From: Candidatus Gastranaerophilales bacterium
Lineage (GTDB): Bacteria; Cyanobacteriota; Vampirovibrionia; Gastranaerophilales; Gastranaerophilaceae
DNA length: 64,000 nt
Assembly: GCA_905234915.1 (NCBI GenBank)
Contig: CAJOJP010000001.1
Location: forward strand, 1,271-65,270
Direction of reading: 5' to 3'
Shown here: piece by piece, positions 49,584 through 59,392 of the stretch
How positions within the stretch are numbered: position 1 is the first letter of the stretch
How the letters are laid out: every line of letters begins with the position of its first letter
Notes under the pieces: model-generated
What the model was told of the DNA's origin: nothing
What the model saw: only the letters and a program-made list of their open reading frames with translations
Databases searched by the model: none
Made by a program: the position numbers and the translations under genes

Positions 49584-50159
49584 ATGACAGTAAAAAAAGA
49601 CTCTTTAGTGACTGTTAAAAGCAGTGAAAAATTATATAATTTTTTAGAAACAACAAATCTTCATAAAAAAGATTTTGCACAAATGATAGGAGTTACTCTC
49701 TCTTATGTATATAATTTAATAGATGAAACAATACCATTTTCAACAAGAAGTACAACACTTGAACGAATAGCAACAGTTATGGATATATCACCCGAAGAGT
49801 TCAGTGAATACAAAATACCTCAAGACCCTGTATTAATTGATGAAACAACAGAATTCATACGTGAAAAACAAAAAGAAAAGAAACTTTCAACTGTTCAATT
49901 TTTAAAATCTTTTCCGCGTAAACAAAGATTGGAAATAGTAGATATATTAAGAGGAGCGCGTCCTATTCCTCTTGATTGGGAAGAAGTTAATATTATTGCG
50001 GGGATTCTTGATATAACGAAGGAAGAAATGTATGTTTTTTGGGAAAAACGGCTGAGACAAGTGCTGAAGGTTGCCGGTTTTAACTTTGAAAATAACTCAG
50101 AACTTGCTGATTCGATGTTCAAATGTGCCAGAGAATATGTTCATAAAAGTTCAAAATAA
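49584..50159 (+). CDS. XRE-family helix-turn-helix protein with an uncharacterised C-terminal domain
   Basis: HKKDFAQMIGVTLSYVYNLIDE HTH segment and a good RBS (AGGAG). Confidence 0.6.
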   Translation: MTVKKDSLVTVKSSEKLYNFLETTNLHKKDFAQMIGVTLSYVYNLIDETIPFSTRSTTLERIATVMDISPEEFSEYKIPQDPVLIDETTEFIREKQKEKKLSTVQFLKSFPRKQRLEIVDILRGARPIPLDWEEVNIIAGILDITKEEMYVFWEKRLRQVLKVAGFNFENNSELADSMFKCAREYVHKSSK

Positions 50160-50163
50160 TAAT

Positions 50164-50754
50164 CTATGGTAAAATTATACTTCCTTTTCTAATTACATTT
50201 ATATTGTCATCAATTGCGGAAACAACGGTTGATTCCAAACCTTTACAACAATAGCCGTAATCTTGAAATATAATATCAACAAAATTTCCTATTGAATTTT
50301 TTGCTTCTTCATAAGATTTTGATGACGGATGATTAGACAGATTTGCACTTGTTGTTGCAAGTACGTGATTATTTATTTTAGAACAAAGCAGCTTAAAAAA
50401 TTCATTATTCGGAACTCTTATACCAACACTTTTTTTACCTGAAGTAACAGAAAATGAAGTTAAATCGGATTTTTCCGTGATAACGGTTAAAGCACCGGGA
50501 AAATAGCGGTTTATAAGCATTTTGGCACTATCAGATAAATTTTTTACGTACGGCAATAAATTTTCGGTTTCATTTGACATTAATATTAATGGTTTTGTTG
50601 TATCTCTGCCTTTTATTTTGTATATTTTTTCAATTCCTTTTTGATTGTTTGGAAGACAGCCCAAACCCCATACAGTATCTGTTACAAATGCAATAACTCC
50701 GCCTTCTTCCAATACTGAATTTAATTTTTTTATATCAAAATTTATTTTGGACAT
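50164..50754 (-). CDS. tsaC: L-threonylcarbamoyladenylate synthase (TsaC/YrdC/Sua5 family)
   Basis: VIAFVTDTVWGLG and the KGRDTTKPLILM and PGALTV blocks. Confidence 0.8.
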   Translation of the reverse strand: MSKINFDIKKLNSVLEEGGVIAFVTDTVWGLGCLPNNQKGIEKIYKIKGRDTTKPLILMSNETENLLPYVKNLSDSAKMLINRYFPGALTVITEKSDLTSFSVTSGKKSVGIRVPNNEFFKLLCSKINNHVLATTSANLSNHPSSKSYEEAKNSIGNFVDIIFQDYGYCCKGLESTVVSAIDDNINVIRKGSIILP

Positions 50755-52306
50755 ATTTAAAAATTCTTCCTATAAGTTCACTTGTATATTCAACTTTAAA
50801 TAAAATGGAAAATAATATATAAACAAGTATGTAAAGAATAAAAATAACGGTTGTTATTATAAGATGAAGCATCCAATCATCGGACTTCCAAATATTATGT
50901 ATATAAGAAATAATAATAAATGTACAAAAGGCAGAAAAAAGCATTTTTAAAAGGTTTGCAAAATAACGCTTATAGCCGAGTTTTATTTTTTTCCTTATGA
51001 GCATACCCAAAATTGCTCCGTTAAAAAGTGTAACAAGTGATGTAGAAAGTGTTATTGCAGCAATTCCCAATTTATTTATAAATATTGCATTTAATATAAA
51101 TTTTAAAATAATAGATGAACTTGCCACTAAAAACGGTGTTTTGGAATCATTAAACGAATAGAAAATTCTTGTAATTGAATCTCTGAAAACATAAGGTACT
51201 ATCGCAAAAGAAAGAAATATAAGAGCCTGTGAAACCATATATGCTGCATTTTCATCAAATTTACCACGCTGAAACACTATTTGTACAACATCAGGAGCAA
51301 GCATAATAATAACAAACATAATCGGAATTGCCGCAAAATTTAATAGTCCTATACCTTTATGAAAATAATATTTTACATCATCAAATTTATTTTCTCCGAC
51401 AAGCCTTGAAAAAATCGGAAATAAAGGAACGAGAAATGCTGTAGCAAGAATACCGACAGGAAATTGAAAAACTCTGTTTGCATATCCGATTGATGTCCAT
51501 GCTCCCATTCCAAGACTTGAAGCAAAAAACATATCAACATAAACATATATTTGACCTATTGTAGAACTTAGGGCGGCAGGAAATACAAGCTCCAGAAGAT
51601 TTTTAAATTCGGGATTATTTTTTATGCTTAAATTAGGCTTTAATTTAAAACCTAATTTTTTAATAGCCGGAACTTGAAGTAAAAACTGGCATAATGCACC
51701 TATTACAGTTGCAGCAGCCAGATAAACACCGGAATTATCGCCTTTTGTTTGTGTAAACAAAAGAACTGCGATAACACACAAACTTAATACCGAGGGAGAA
51801 ATATTAGGTAAAAGAAAACATCTGTAAGTGATTAAAATTCCGTAATATATACCTATTATGCCGCCGATTACTATAATCGGAGTCATTATTCTTAAATGCC
51901 GTGCAGCATAATAAACAAGCTCTTGATTTGAGGAATGAATTATAAATTCCATTATTTGCCCGGAAAAAACAAATACAAGCACTGCCAAAAAAGAAAACAG
52001 AAGAAATGAAAATGTAACAAAAGTATTAAAAAGTTTTTTTGCTTTTTCACTTGGAATTTTATCTTCATCATTAATAAGTTTTGCAAATACGCTTACAGTA
52101 GCACTATGAAAAGGTCCCCCGACGCCGCCCATTAATATTATTGCCAAGGACGGTATTTGATATGCATAAAAATAAGCATCTGATGCTAAACCGGCTCCAT
52201 AATAATATGCAATTATAATATCGCGTAAAAACCCTGCAAATTTAGAAATTATTGTTACAAATGCAATAAGCCAGGCAGCTTTTAATAAAGAGGCTCCTTT
52301 TGTCAT
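50735..52306 (-). CDS. murJ: lipid II flippase MurJ
   Basis: 523 aa with about 14 TM spans. N-terminal SKFAGFLRDIIIAYYYGAGLASDAYFYAYQIP is typical of MurJ/MviN. Confidence 0.85.
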   Translation of the reverse strand: MTKGASLLKAAWLIAFVTIISKFAGFLRDIIIAYYYGAGLASDAYFYAYQIPSLAIILMGGVGGPFHSATVSVFAKLINDEDKIPSEKAKKLFNTFVTFSFLLFSFLAVLVFVFSGQIMEFIIHSSNQELVYYAARHLRIMTPIIVIGGIIGIYYGILITYRCFLLPNISPSVLSLCVIAVLLFTQTKGDNSGVYLAAATVIGALCQFLLQVPAIKKLGFKLKPNLSIKNNPEFKNLLELVFPAALSSTIGQIYVYVDMFFASSLGMGAWTSIGYANRVFQFPVGILATAFLVPLFPIFSRLVGENKFDDVKYYFHKGIGLLNFAAIPIMFVIIMLAPDVVQIVFQRGKFDENAAYMVSQALIFLSFAIVPYVFRDSITRIFYSFNDSKTPFLVASSSIILKFILNAIFINKLGIAAITLSTSLVTLFNGAILGMLIRKKIKLGYKRYFANLLKMLFSAFCTFIIISYIHNIWKSDDWMLHLIITTVIFILYILVYILFSILFKVEYTSELIGRIFKYVQNKF

Positions 52307-53685
52307 TTTTGTTCCTCTTTAATATATTGATATTCTTTTAAAGTAATACCTTTGTAATAATGTTTTAAAATTTCATCAAATTTAAAGCCTAAAGAGGCCA
52401 TCTTGCCGGCTCCCCACTGACTAAGCCCGACTCCGTGTCCAAAACCTCCGCCTGAAAATTTATATACGGGAATTTTGGCATTTATATATGAAATTACAAA
52501 ATTTGCACTGGGCAGTGATATTCCGTTTTTTTGGAAGCAGCGTCTTATTACCAGTTCTTTTTGAATTATATAAGTATTTTTATCTGTTTTTAACTCAAGT
52601 TTTACTATTTTACCTGAAATGCCACGTTCTAAAGCCCGTATTGAAATTATACTGCCTATACTTTCGCCCTTATTCAACATCGGAGAAATAAATCCCGTTG
52701 CAGATTGAACAGGCATTGTTTTATTTAAAACATTTTCCAGTTCAGTTTTTGTCCATTCTTTATCCCAGCGGAAATAAGGCGATAAATCGTCAAAAGATTC
52801 AGGTCTTGACATATAAAAATCCTCTGCCTTTTTATCGGTTTCCAAAGTCTTAAATTCTTCATTATCAGGAACTGCAACAAGATAATCAACCTCATCTGAC
52901 GGAAATTTTTGTGTTATCGGGTCTGAAAATGCATGCGAATAACTTTCAGTATAGCCTCCTGCCGTTGAACTGTACAGGGCAAGAATAGGCTTATCTTCTT
53001 TATCTACTGCAATCATACCGTCTGTTTCTTCTATTGCTTTATCCGATAACTCATCCTCCGTATTAGCCCCAAAATAAACCTGACAGGCAACGGAATCACA
53101 TAAATCAAATTCTTCGTAAGCTTTTATTCTTGGTGCTATAGCATAATTTCTTGCAGCGACTGTTTGAGCTTTTAGTGCTTCAAGTCCGAATTTTACAGGC
53201 ATTTCATTCGGAACTACCCCGCGCAGGTAGTCTTTTAAACTGATTATATTTACTACTGAAAATTTTGTTTCATCTTTTGAACTTCTTATAAGTTCAATAT
53301 AACCTCTGTAGGCGGCTTGTTTTCCCTTTCGTTTTAAGCCTTTTATTTCGATAGAACCTTTTTTTGTATATATAAGAACGGGACCTTCAAGATTACGCGC
53401 CTTAAGTTCTCCGTCAACATAAATCTTAAATCTGCTGTTTTCCATTAATATACTAACAGCATTATCAGTTTCATCTATCGGTGTTCTGTATCCTGTAACG
53501 GAATCCAATACATACAATTGAGAGGCGTTGTTAAATTCAATATTATCGAAAACATAATTTTTGAATGACGTATCACTTATTCCTACTCTCACAGGAACCA
53601 TGCTATCCTTTGCATAAATGCATTGAAAAGCCGTCATCAGCATAATAAATATTATTGCAAGATATTTATTCAATTTTCTTTTCAT
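52303..53685 (-). CDS. SpoIID/LytB domain-containing protein
   Basis: Signal peptide, EALKAQTVAARNYA and YSSTAGGYTE blocks, and C-terminal GHGVGLSQWGA. Confidence 0.8.
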   Translation of the reverse strand: MKRKLNKYLAIIFIMLMTAFQCIYAKDSMVPVRVGISDTSFKNYVFDNIEFNNASQLYVLDSVTGYRTPIDETDNAVSILMENSRFKIYVDGELKARNLEGPVLIYTKKGSIEIKGLKRKGKQAAYRGYIELIRSSKDETKFSVVNIISLKDYLRGVVPNEMPVKFGLEALKAQTVAARNYAIAPRIKAYEEFDLCDSVACQVYFGANTEDELSDKAIEETDGMIAVDKEDKPILALYSSTAGGYTESYSHAFSDPITQKFPSDEVDYLVAVPDNEEFKTLETDKKAEDFYMSRPESFDDLSPYFRWDKEWTKTELENVLNKTMPVQSATGFISPMLNKGESIGSIISIRALERGISGKIVKLELKTDKNTYIIQKELVIRRCFQKNGISLPSANFVISYINAKIPVYKFSGGGFGHGVGLSQWGAGKMASLGFKFDEILKHYYKGITLKEYQYIKEEQK

Positions 53686-53760
53686 CCCTAATGTTTATAT
53701 TATAAAATAAATAAGTAATTTGAGTAACTATTTTTAATTCTAAAAAATAACAGAGAAAAT

Positions 53761-54453
53761 ATGAAATTAAAGGAATTAATAAAAGCAGAATTTGATGGTT
53801 TTAGGAAATATGAAAAAATATTTTTTACGCTTATTATTATTATTATTTGTATAATTTCTTTAATTACAAAAGATAATCTGATATCTTTAGTTTCTGCTCT
53901 CTGTGGTATAAGTTACACAATACTGGCGGGAAAGGGAAAAATTTCCTGTTATTTTATAGGAATTATAGGAACTTTATGTTATTCTTATCTTGCTTTTAAA
54001 AACGGATTTTACGGTAATCTTGTATTGTATGCTTTTTATTATTTTCCTATGGAAATTATAGGAATTTTTGCCTGGAAAAATCACCTGAAAAAAGATGTAA
54101 GGGAAATAAAAAAAACAAAACTCTCATCAAAAGAGCTTTTTATTTACTTTTGTTCAGCTTTTGTTTTATCCTGTCTTTTAACTTATATACTAAATATAAC
54201 AGGAGATAAAAGTCCTTTTTGTGATTCATTAACAGTTGTTTTATCGGTTATAGGCTTAATTTTGACCGTAAAAAGGTGTATAGAACAGTGGTATATCTGG
54301 TTTATTGTTAATTTAATATCATTAATAATGTGGTTTAATGCTTTTTTATCCGGTTCAAACTGCCTTGCAACGGTTTTAATGTGGTTTGTTTATTGGATTT
54401 TATCAATTTATTTTCTTTATATCTGGAAAAAAGAAGTTAATAATACATTCTAA
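53761..54453 (+). CDS. pnuC: nicotinamide riboside transporter PnuC
   Basis: 230 aa with 7-8 TM spans and the pattern GISYTILAGKGKISCYFIGIIGTLCYSYLAF...W typical of PnuC. Confidence 0.75.
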   Translation: MKLKELIKAEFDGFRKYEKIFFTLIIIIICIISLITKDNLISLVSALCGISYTILAGKGKISCYFIGIIGTLCYSYLAFKNGFYGNLVLYAFYYFPMEIIGIFAWKNHLKKDVREIKKTKLSSKELFIYFCSAFVLSCLLTYILNITGDKSPFCDSLTVVLSVIGLILTVKRCIEQWYIWFIVNLISLIMWFNAFLSGSNCLATVLMWFVYWILSIYFLYIWKKEVNNTF

Positions 54454-54456
54454 CAT

Positions 54457-57400
54457 TTATGCAGCCTGTGATTTTTGTTCATTCGTTAAATTTTTTATGT
54501 AAACAAAGTATTTATTACCGTTTTTGTCTGTTATTGTTTTTTCTTCAAAAACTTTTTTGCAGGCAGGTATTTCAAGCTTTGTAATTAAAATAACCCCGTC
54601 TTTCAATTGCTCAATTTTATTTATCGATTGCTGCAATTTTTTTATTTCACAAGGATAAAGAATTCTGTTAAAATTACAAACATTTACTATAAAAGTTTTT
54701 TTACCCTGTGTTACGGAAAAAATATTTTGGTTATTTATATTTAAGTTTGACTTCCATTCATAACCTTCTTGTTTTAATAATTCAATTACTGGTTCTAATC
54801 TTTCGGGGATATCGGTATATTCTTTTAATTTATTATCGGAAACTGTATAAACTTTATCTAATGTTTTTAATTCTTTACAATTATCTCTGCTTTCACGAAA
54901 TCCGTTTTTGGAAATTAATATTAATCCGCTATTTTCATCTTCGCTATTTTTTATTTGCTTCATAAAGTTTATTGCCTTTACTATCTCTTTACTGTCCATA
55001 CAATCAGAACCACCGCTATAATTTACAATAAAAGTTTTAGCAGCTTTTGTTACAGAAAAAATATTTTGACCGGAATGTGAACTTAGGTTTTCTTTCCAGT
55101 CATAACCGTTTTGTTTTAATATTTCAATAATAGGTTTTAATCTTTCAGGAATGCCTGTATATTCCTGCAATTTGTTATCGGCAACAGTATAAACTTTATC
55201 TAATGTTTTTAATTTTTTATATGTATCTCTGCTTTCACAAAATCCGCTTTTGGCAATTAATATAAATCCATCACTTGTATCATCTGCGGCATTTAGTAAA
55301 TTATTTATTACTTTATCTATCTCGGTATTTGATATAGCACTATTAGTATCCCGATAATTTACAATAAAAGTTTTATTATCTTTAGTTACGGAAAAAATAT
55401 TTGGTGTTGTTGTACCTAAATTTGACTTAAAGTCATAACCCTCTTGTTTTAATAATTCAATTACAGGTTCTAATTTTTTCGGAATACCTGTATATTCTTG
55501 TAATTTATTATCAGCAACGGTATAAACTTTATCAAACATTTTTAAATTTTTATATGTATTTTTACTTTCCGTAAAACCATTTGGAACAATTAATATTAAT
55601 TTGTTATTTTCATTTTTTACTGCCTGTGTTATACTTTTTCTTATATCTTCTATTTCATTATTTGCAATACTTCGTTCACTATTGCTATAATAACAAATAA
55701 AAGTTTCATTATCTTTTTTAACTAAAAAAATATTTTTGCTTCGATTTGTGCTTAAGCATTCTAAAATTTTATAACCTTCCTGTTCTAATAATTTTTGAAA
55801 ATCCGTATTTATTCTTTTCGTTATGGAAATATCAAATTTTTGTAATTTATTATCATTAACAGTATAGATTTTATCCAGAATTTTTAATTTATTATATGTA
55901 TCTCTGCTGTCACTAAAGCCGCTTTTTGAAATTAATATCAAGCCGTCATTTTTATCGTTTTTTACATTTAGCATACTGTTTATTGCTTTTTCTATATCAC
56001 GACTCATCATAGGAGAACAATCACAATTTTTGTAATAAACAATATAATTTTTATCATCTTTTGATACTTTAAATATATTTTGTTGAGAATTTACATTTAA
56101 GTTTGCTTCCCACTTATAATCCTCCTGTTTTAATAAACTTACTACAAATTGTAATCTTTCGGGTATTCCGTCATATTCTTTTAATTTGTTATCAGCAATA
56201 GTATAAATTTTGTCTAATGTTTTTAATTTTTTATATGTATTTCCATTTTCACTAAAGCCGTTTTGGGAAATTAATATTAATCCGTCATTTTCATTTTTTT
56301 TCGCGTTTTGCAAAGAGTCTAATATTTTGTCAATTTCGGTAATTGGTAATGCGGAAGAATCTTTTCTATAATTAACAATAAAAGTTTTATTATCTTTTAC
56401 TGCCGAGAAAATATTTTGACTGAGTACACTTAAGTTTTCTCCCCATTTATAACCCTCTTGCATCAGTAAGTTCATTATCATTTTAAATTTTTCAGGTATA
56501 TCGGAATTGTATTCCTGCAATTTATTATCGGCAACAGTATATATTTTATCTAATGTTTTTAAATTTTTATATGTATCTTTGGATTCACGAAATCCGTTTG
56601 CAGAAATTAATATTAATCCGTCAAATTCATCATTAGATGCATTCAGCATGTTATTTACAGCTCTTTCTATTTCGGTATTCTGTAAAGGCTTAACATTATA
56701 AATATAGTTAACAATAAAAGTTTTACCGTCTTTTGTTACCGAAAAAATATTTTGTTTGCACTCACCAAATTTTTGTTCAAATTTATAACCTTCTTGTTTT
56801 AATAATTCAAAACACTCGGGCGGATTAAATGTATATTTAATAAAATCGCTTATATAGCCTTCTTTGACAATATACGGATATTTAGGTTTAAATTCATCAT
56901 TAAGTATCTGTATTATTTCATCAATAGTCATTTCACTTTCATTTATCATTTCTTTTATTCTGTTTTTTTGTGCAAGCAAATCTTTATGACATTTACCTCT
57001 TTGACCCGTTTCCTCAATAAAAGGTTTTAAAACTTCATCATTTATTTCAACTTTATGTTCTTTTGCATAATCAATTAAATTATCAAGATTCATAATCTCA
57101 TATTTAAAACTCTGATTTTTCGCATAATCAATACAGCTGTCATATACCCCGCTTGAAGCTATTATAAGACAATTAATATCTTTAATATTCAATTTCTCAA
57201 TATCTTTTTTTTGAAAACTATCTTTTTCCCTGCAATCAGTCAATTCCTGCATTATAGTTCGGGTTACAAAATTACCTGATGTAAAATGTTTACACTGAAC
57301 AAGCGTTCTTGTTCCGTCATTCTCATCTAAAATAATATCAACTCCGTTATCTCCGCTTGGCGGTGTAACAGTAACATTTTTAAATATTTTTTCTCCTTTT

Positions 57401-57693
57401 TCATTTAAGGCATTTTCAAATATGTAACCTGCAAATTTTTCAAAACAATAGCCGTCTATTTTAAATATTTTTTCTCTTAATTCTGCATTTTCACTCTTTA
57501 ATCTCGTTGTTTTATTATCAGCACCGAAGGAAACAACTGATTTATTCATTGCAGTTATTGCATTACTGTAATTTCTATAATCTGTATCGGTTATTTGTTT
57601 TATCTGCTTTCCTTTAATTTCTTCTTTTATCGGTAAATTATTTCCATATCCGTAATTAAAATCAGCTAAATTTTTTACAGAGAAATTTATCAT
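54457..57693 (-). CDS. Mrr-type (PD-(D/E)xK) restriction endonuclease domain protein with seven C-terminal tandem degenerate nuclease-fold-like repeats
   Basis: Residues ~75-205 read GYCFEKFAGYIFENAL...SGDNGVDIILDENDGTRTLVQCKHF...LIIASSGVYDSCIDYAK...LDNL, which is the Mrr_cat pattern. Residues ~291-1078 are 7 repeats of ~112 aa. Confidence 0.7.
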   Translation of the reverse strand: MINFSVKNLADFNYGYGNNLPIKEEIKGKQIKQITDTDYRNYSNAITAMNKSVVSFGADNKTTRLKSENAELREKIFKIDGYCFEKFAGYIFENALNEKGEKIFKNVTVTPPSGDNGVDIILDENDGTRTLVQCKHFTSGNFVTRTIMQELTDCREKDSFQKKDIEKLNIKDINCLIIASSGVYDSCIDYAKNQSFKYEIMNLDNLIDYAKEHKVEINDEVLKPFIEETGQRGKCHKDLLAQKNRIKEMINESEMTIDEIIQILNDEFKPKYPYIVKEGYISDFIKYTFNPPECFELLKQEGYKFEQKFGECKQNIFSVTKDGKTFIVNYIYNVKPLQNTEIERAVNNMLNASNDEFDGLILISANGFRESKDTYKNLKTLDKIYTVADNKLQEYNSDIPEKFKMIMNLLMQEGYKWGENLSVLSQNIFSAVKDNKTFIVNYRKDSSALPITEIDKILDSLQNAKKNENDGLILISQNGFSENGNTYKKLKTLDKIYTIADNKLKEYDGIPERLQFVVSLLKQEDYKWEANLNVNSQQNIFKVSKDDKNYIVYYKNCDCSPMMSRDIEKAINSMLNVKNDKNDGLILISKSGFSDSRDTYNKLKILDKIYTVNDNKLQKFDISITKRINTDFQKLLEQEGYKILECLSTNRSKNIFLVKKDNETFICYYSNSERSIANNEIEDIRKSITQAVKNENNKLILIVPNGFTESKNTYKNLKMFDKVYTVADNKLQEYTGIPKKLEPVIELLKQEGYDFKSNLGTTTPNIFSVTKDNKTFIVNYRDTNSAISNTEIDKVINNLLNAADDTSDGFILIAKSGFCESRDTYKKLKTLDKVYTVADNKLQEYTGIPERLKPIIEILKQNGYDWKENLSSHSGQNIFSVTKAAKTFIVNYSGGSDCMDSKEIVKAINFMKQIKNSEDENSGLILISKNGFRESRDNCKELKTLDKVYTVSDNKLKEYTDIPERLEPVIELLKQEGYEWKSNLNINNQNIFSVTQGKKTFIVNVCNFNRILYPCEIKKLQQSINKIEQLKDGVILITKLEIPACKKVFEEKTITDKNGNKYFVYIKNLTNEQKSQAA
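54460..56823 (-). repeat. seven tandem in-frame coding repeats, period 333-342 bp
   Basis: The landmark GTATAAAC/GTATAGAT... recurs at 54845, 55187, 55520, 55862, 56201 and 56537. There are 28 identical nt at 54845 and 55187. Confidence 0.85.
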
Positions 57694-57874
57694 ATTATTA
57701 CTTCTTTCCTTAAATATTTCACTTATTCATTTGCATGAAAACAGAACATAAAAAATTTTGCCCAAAATTTTTTATACGAAATATCAACCGGGCAGCTGCT
57801 CTGAAATTCCTTATTAATAAAGACTCAGTAATTATTTTTTGTCTGAAATTTAATAATATTTTAAAAAATACCTA

Positions 57875-57902
57875 TTGACTAGTTCGGGAAAATATGTATA
57901 AT
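57875..57902 (+). promoter_or_regulatory. candidate sigma70 promoter TTGACT-16-TATAAT for hup
   Basis: Near-consensus hexamers located 36 nt upstream of the hup ATG. Confidence 0.6.
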
Positions 57903-57937
57903 AAAACTCGTAATAGTTAAGGAGAAGGGTTTATACC

Positions 57938-58231
57938 ATGAATAAAGAAGAATTAGTACAAGAAATTTCAAAAAAAGCTAATGTTACACAAAAAGATGCA
58001 ACAGAAGTTTTAAATGCAATTATGTCAACTATTGAAAAGACTGTTGCAAAAGGTAAAAAAGTTACGTTGGTAGGCTTTGGTACTTTTGAATCACGTAAAA
58101 GAGCTGCTCGTACAGGTCGTAATCCTCAAACAGGTGCTGCTATTAAAATTGAAGCTAAAACAGCTCCCGTATTCGTTGCAGGTAAAAAATTCAAAGAAAT
58201 CGTTGATGGCAAAGTTGCTTCTAAGAAATAG
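57938..58231 (+). CDS. hup: HU-family DNA-binding protein
   Basis: MNKEELVQEISKKANVTQKDATEVLNAIMSTIEKTVAKGKKVTLVGFGTFESRKRAARTGRNPQTG is canonical HU. Confidence 0.9.
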   Translation: MNKEELVQEISKKANVTQKDATEVLNAIMSTIEKTVAKGKKVTLVGFGTFESRKRAARTGRNPQTGAAIKIEAKTAPVFVAGKKFKEIVDGKVASKK

Positions 58232-58249
58232 TTCTTTTATATTTAAGAT

Positions 58250-58286
58250 AAAGAGGCAGATTTCCTTTCTGCCTCTTTATTTTTTG
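58250..58286 (+). terminator. rho-independent terminator after hup
   Basis: AAAGAGGCAGA-N7-TCTGCCTCTTT stem followed by ATTTTTTG. Confidence 0.8.
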
Positions 58287-58369
58287 TTTATATTAAAATT
58301 TTGCATGAGTCTGTTATCTTGTTAACAGGTACAATTTTTTAATTAAGAAAGAAGATTTATAATTTATTT

Positions 58370-59362
58370 ATGGCTAAAATAAAAAAAATATGTTACGGCG
58401 ATATATTTCAGATTAAAAAATTAATCTCTGTTATTTGTAATGATAATGTTATGAGCTACAAACGATTATTTTTCCTTTCTGTTCCCGCAACATATATTCA
58501 AAATTTTTTATATAACGTGCATTTTAGAAAACTTCCTGAAACTTATGTTATTTCAGATAATAACAATAACTTAAAAGGTGTAATAAGCGTAAAAGCTCAA
58601 AACGGAAATCCCTATAAATGGCAGATAAAAAGATTGTTTTTAGATAAAAATTCTTATGATGAGGGAAAACAGCTGGTTGATTATATTATTGCAAAATTTG
58701 GCGCAAGAGGGGCAGATACTTTTTATGTGTGCTTTGATGATACTCAAACAGAGTTAACTGAATTATTTGTTAAAAGCTGCGGTTTTAGAATGTGCTCAAG
58801 TGAAGGCATGTGGCATGTTTCAAATATTAATTTTGTTAAAGAAGAAATTAATGAAAGAGTTTTTAAACCGTTTAAAAACGAAGATGCACAAAAAGCTGCA
58901 GATATATTTAATGAAACTTTAATTCCTCTTTATAAGTATTCTCTTCAAAAGAAAAAAGAAGAATTTTACACTAATTTCATTCAAGGCTTTAACTGTGAAC
59001 TCGATTTTGAATATATTATTGAGGATGCTTCAAATAACATAAAAGGATTTTTGGAAATAAAAACTACAGATAATAAAAATTATTTCCTTGATACAATTGT
59101 ACCGCCGCAATACTTTGACTTTTATCCCGAAATTTTATCTTTTGCCGTAAAAAAAATTATACAAAGAAATAAGAATTTCAAACTTTATGTCAAAAACAGA
59201 AAATATTTTCAAACAGGAGATACGGCTGAAGATTTTTTCAGACAGAACCGTTTTGAACTTTTACAAAATAACGTTGTTCTTGTACGTGATTTTTTTAAGC
59301 AAATAAAACAAGAAAACAGAAATTATAATGAAGCAATTATTTTTTCCGGATTTGAAATATAA
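58370..59362 (+). CDS. hypothetical protein, possibly GNAT-like acetyltransferase fold (two halves)
   Basis: QIKRLFLDKN...GKQLVDYIIAKFGARGADTFYVCFDD...ELFVKSCGFR resembles the GNAT motif A/B region. This assignment is weak. Confidence 0.3.
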   Translation: MAKIKKICYGDIFQIKKLISVICNDNVMSYKRLFFLSVPATYIQNFLYNVHFRKLPETYVISDNNNNLKGVISVKAQNGNPYKWQIKRLFLDKNSYDEGKQLVDYIIAKFGARGADTFYVCFDDTQTELTELFVKSCGFRMCSSEGMWHVSNINFVKEEINERVFKPFKNEDAQKAADIFNETLIPLYKYSLQKKKEEFYTNFIQGFNCELDFEYIIEDASNNIKGFLEIKTTDNKNYFLDTIVPPQYFDFYPEILSFAVKKIIQRNKNFKLYVKNRKYFQTGDTAEDFFRQNRFELLQNNVVLVRDFFKQIKQENRNYNEAIIFSGFEI

Positions 59363-59392
59363 TAAAAGTCCGTTTAGCTCTGAGTTATAAAA

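Noticed and set aside
54460-56823. Regularly spaced ~340-bp DNA repeats, considered as a possible CRISPR or non-coding satellite
   Set aside because: The period is far too long for CRISPR. The repeats are in frame within one continuous ORF and diverge mostly in a protein-like manner, so they are coding domain repeats.
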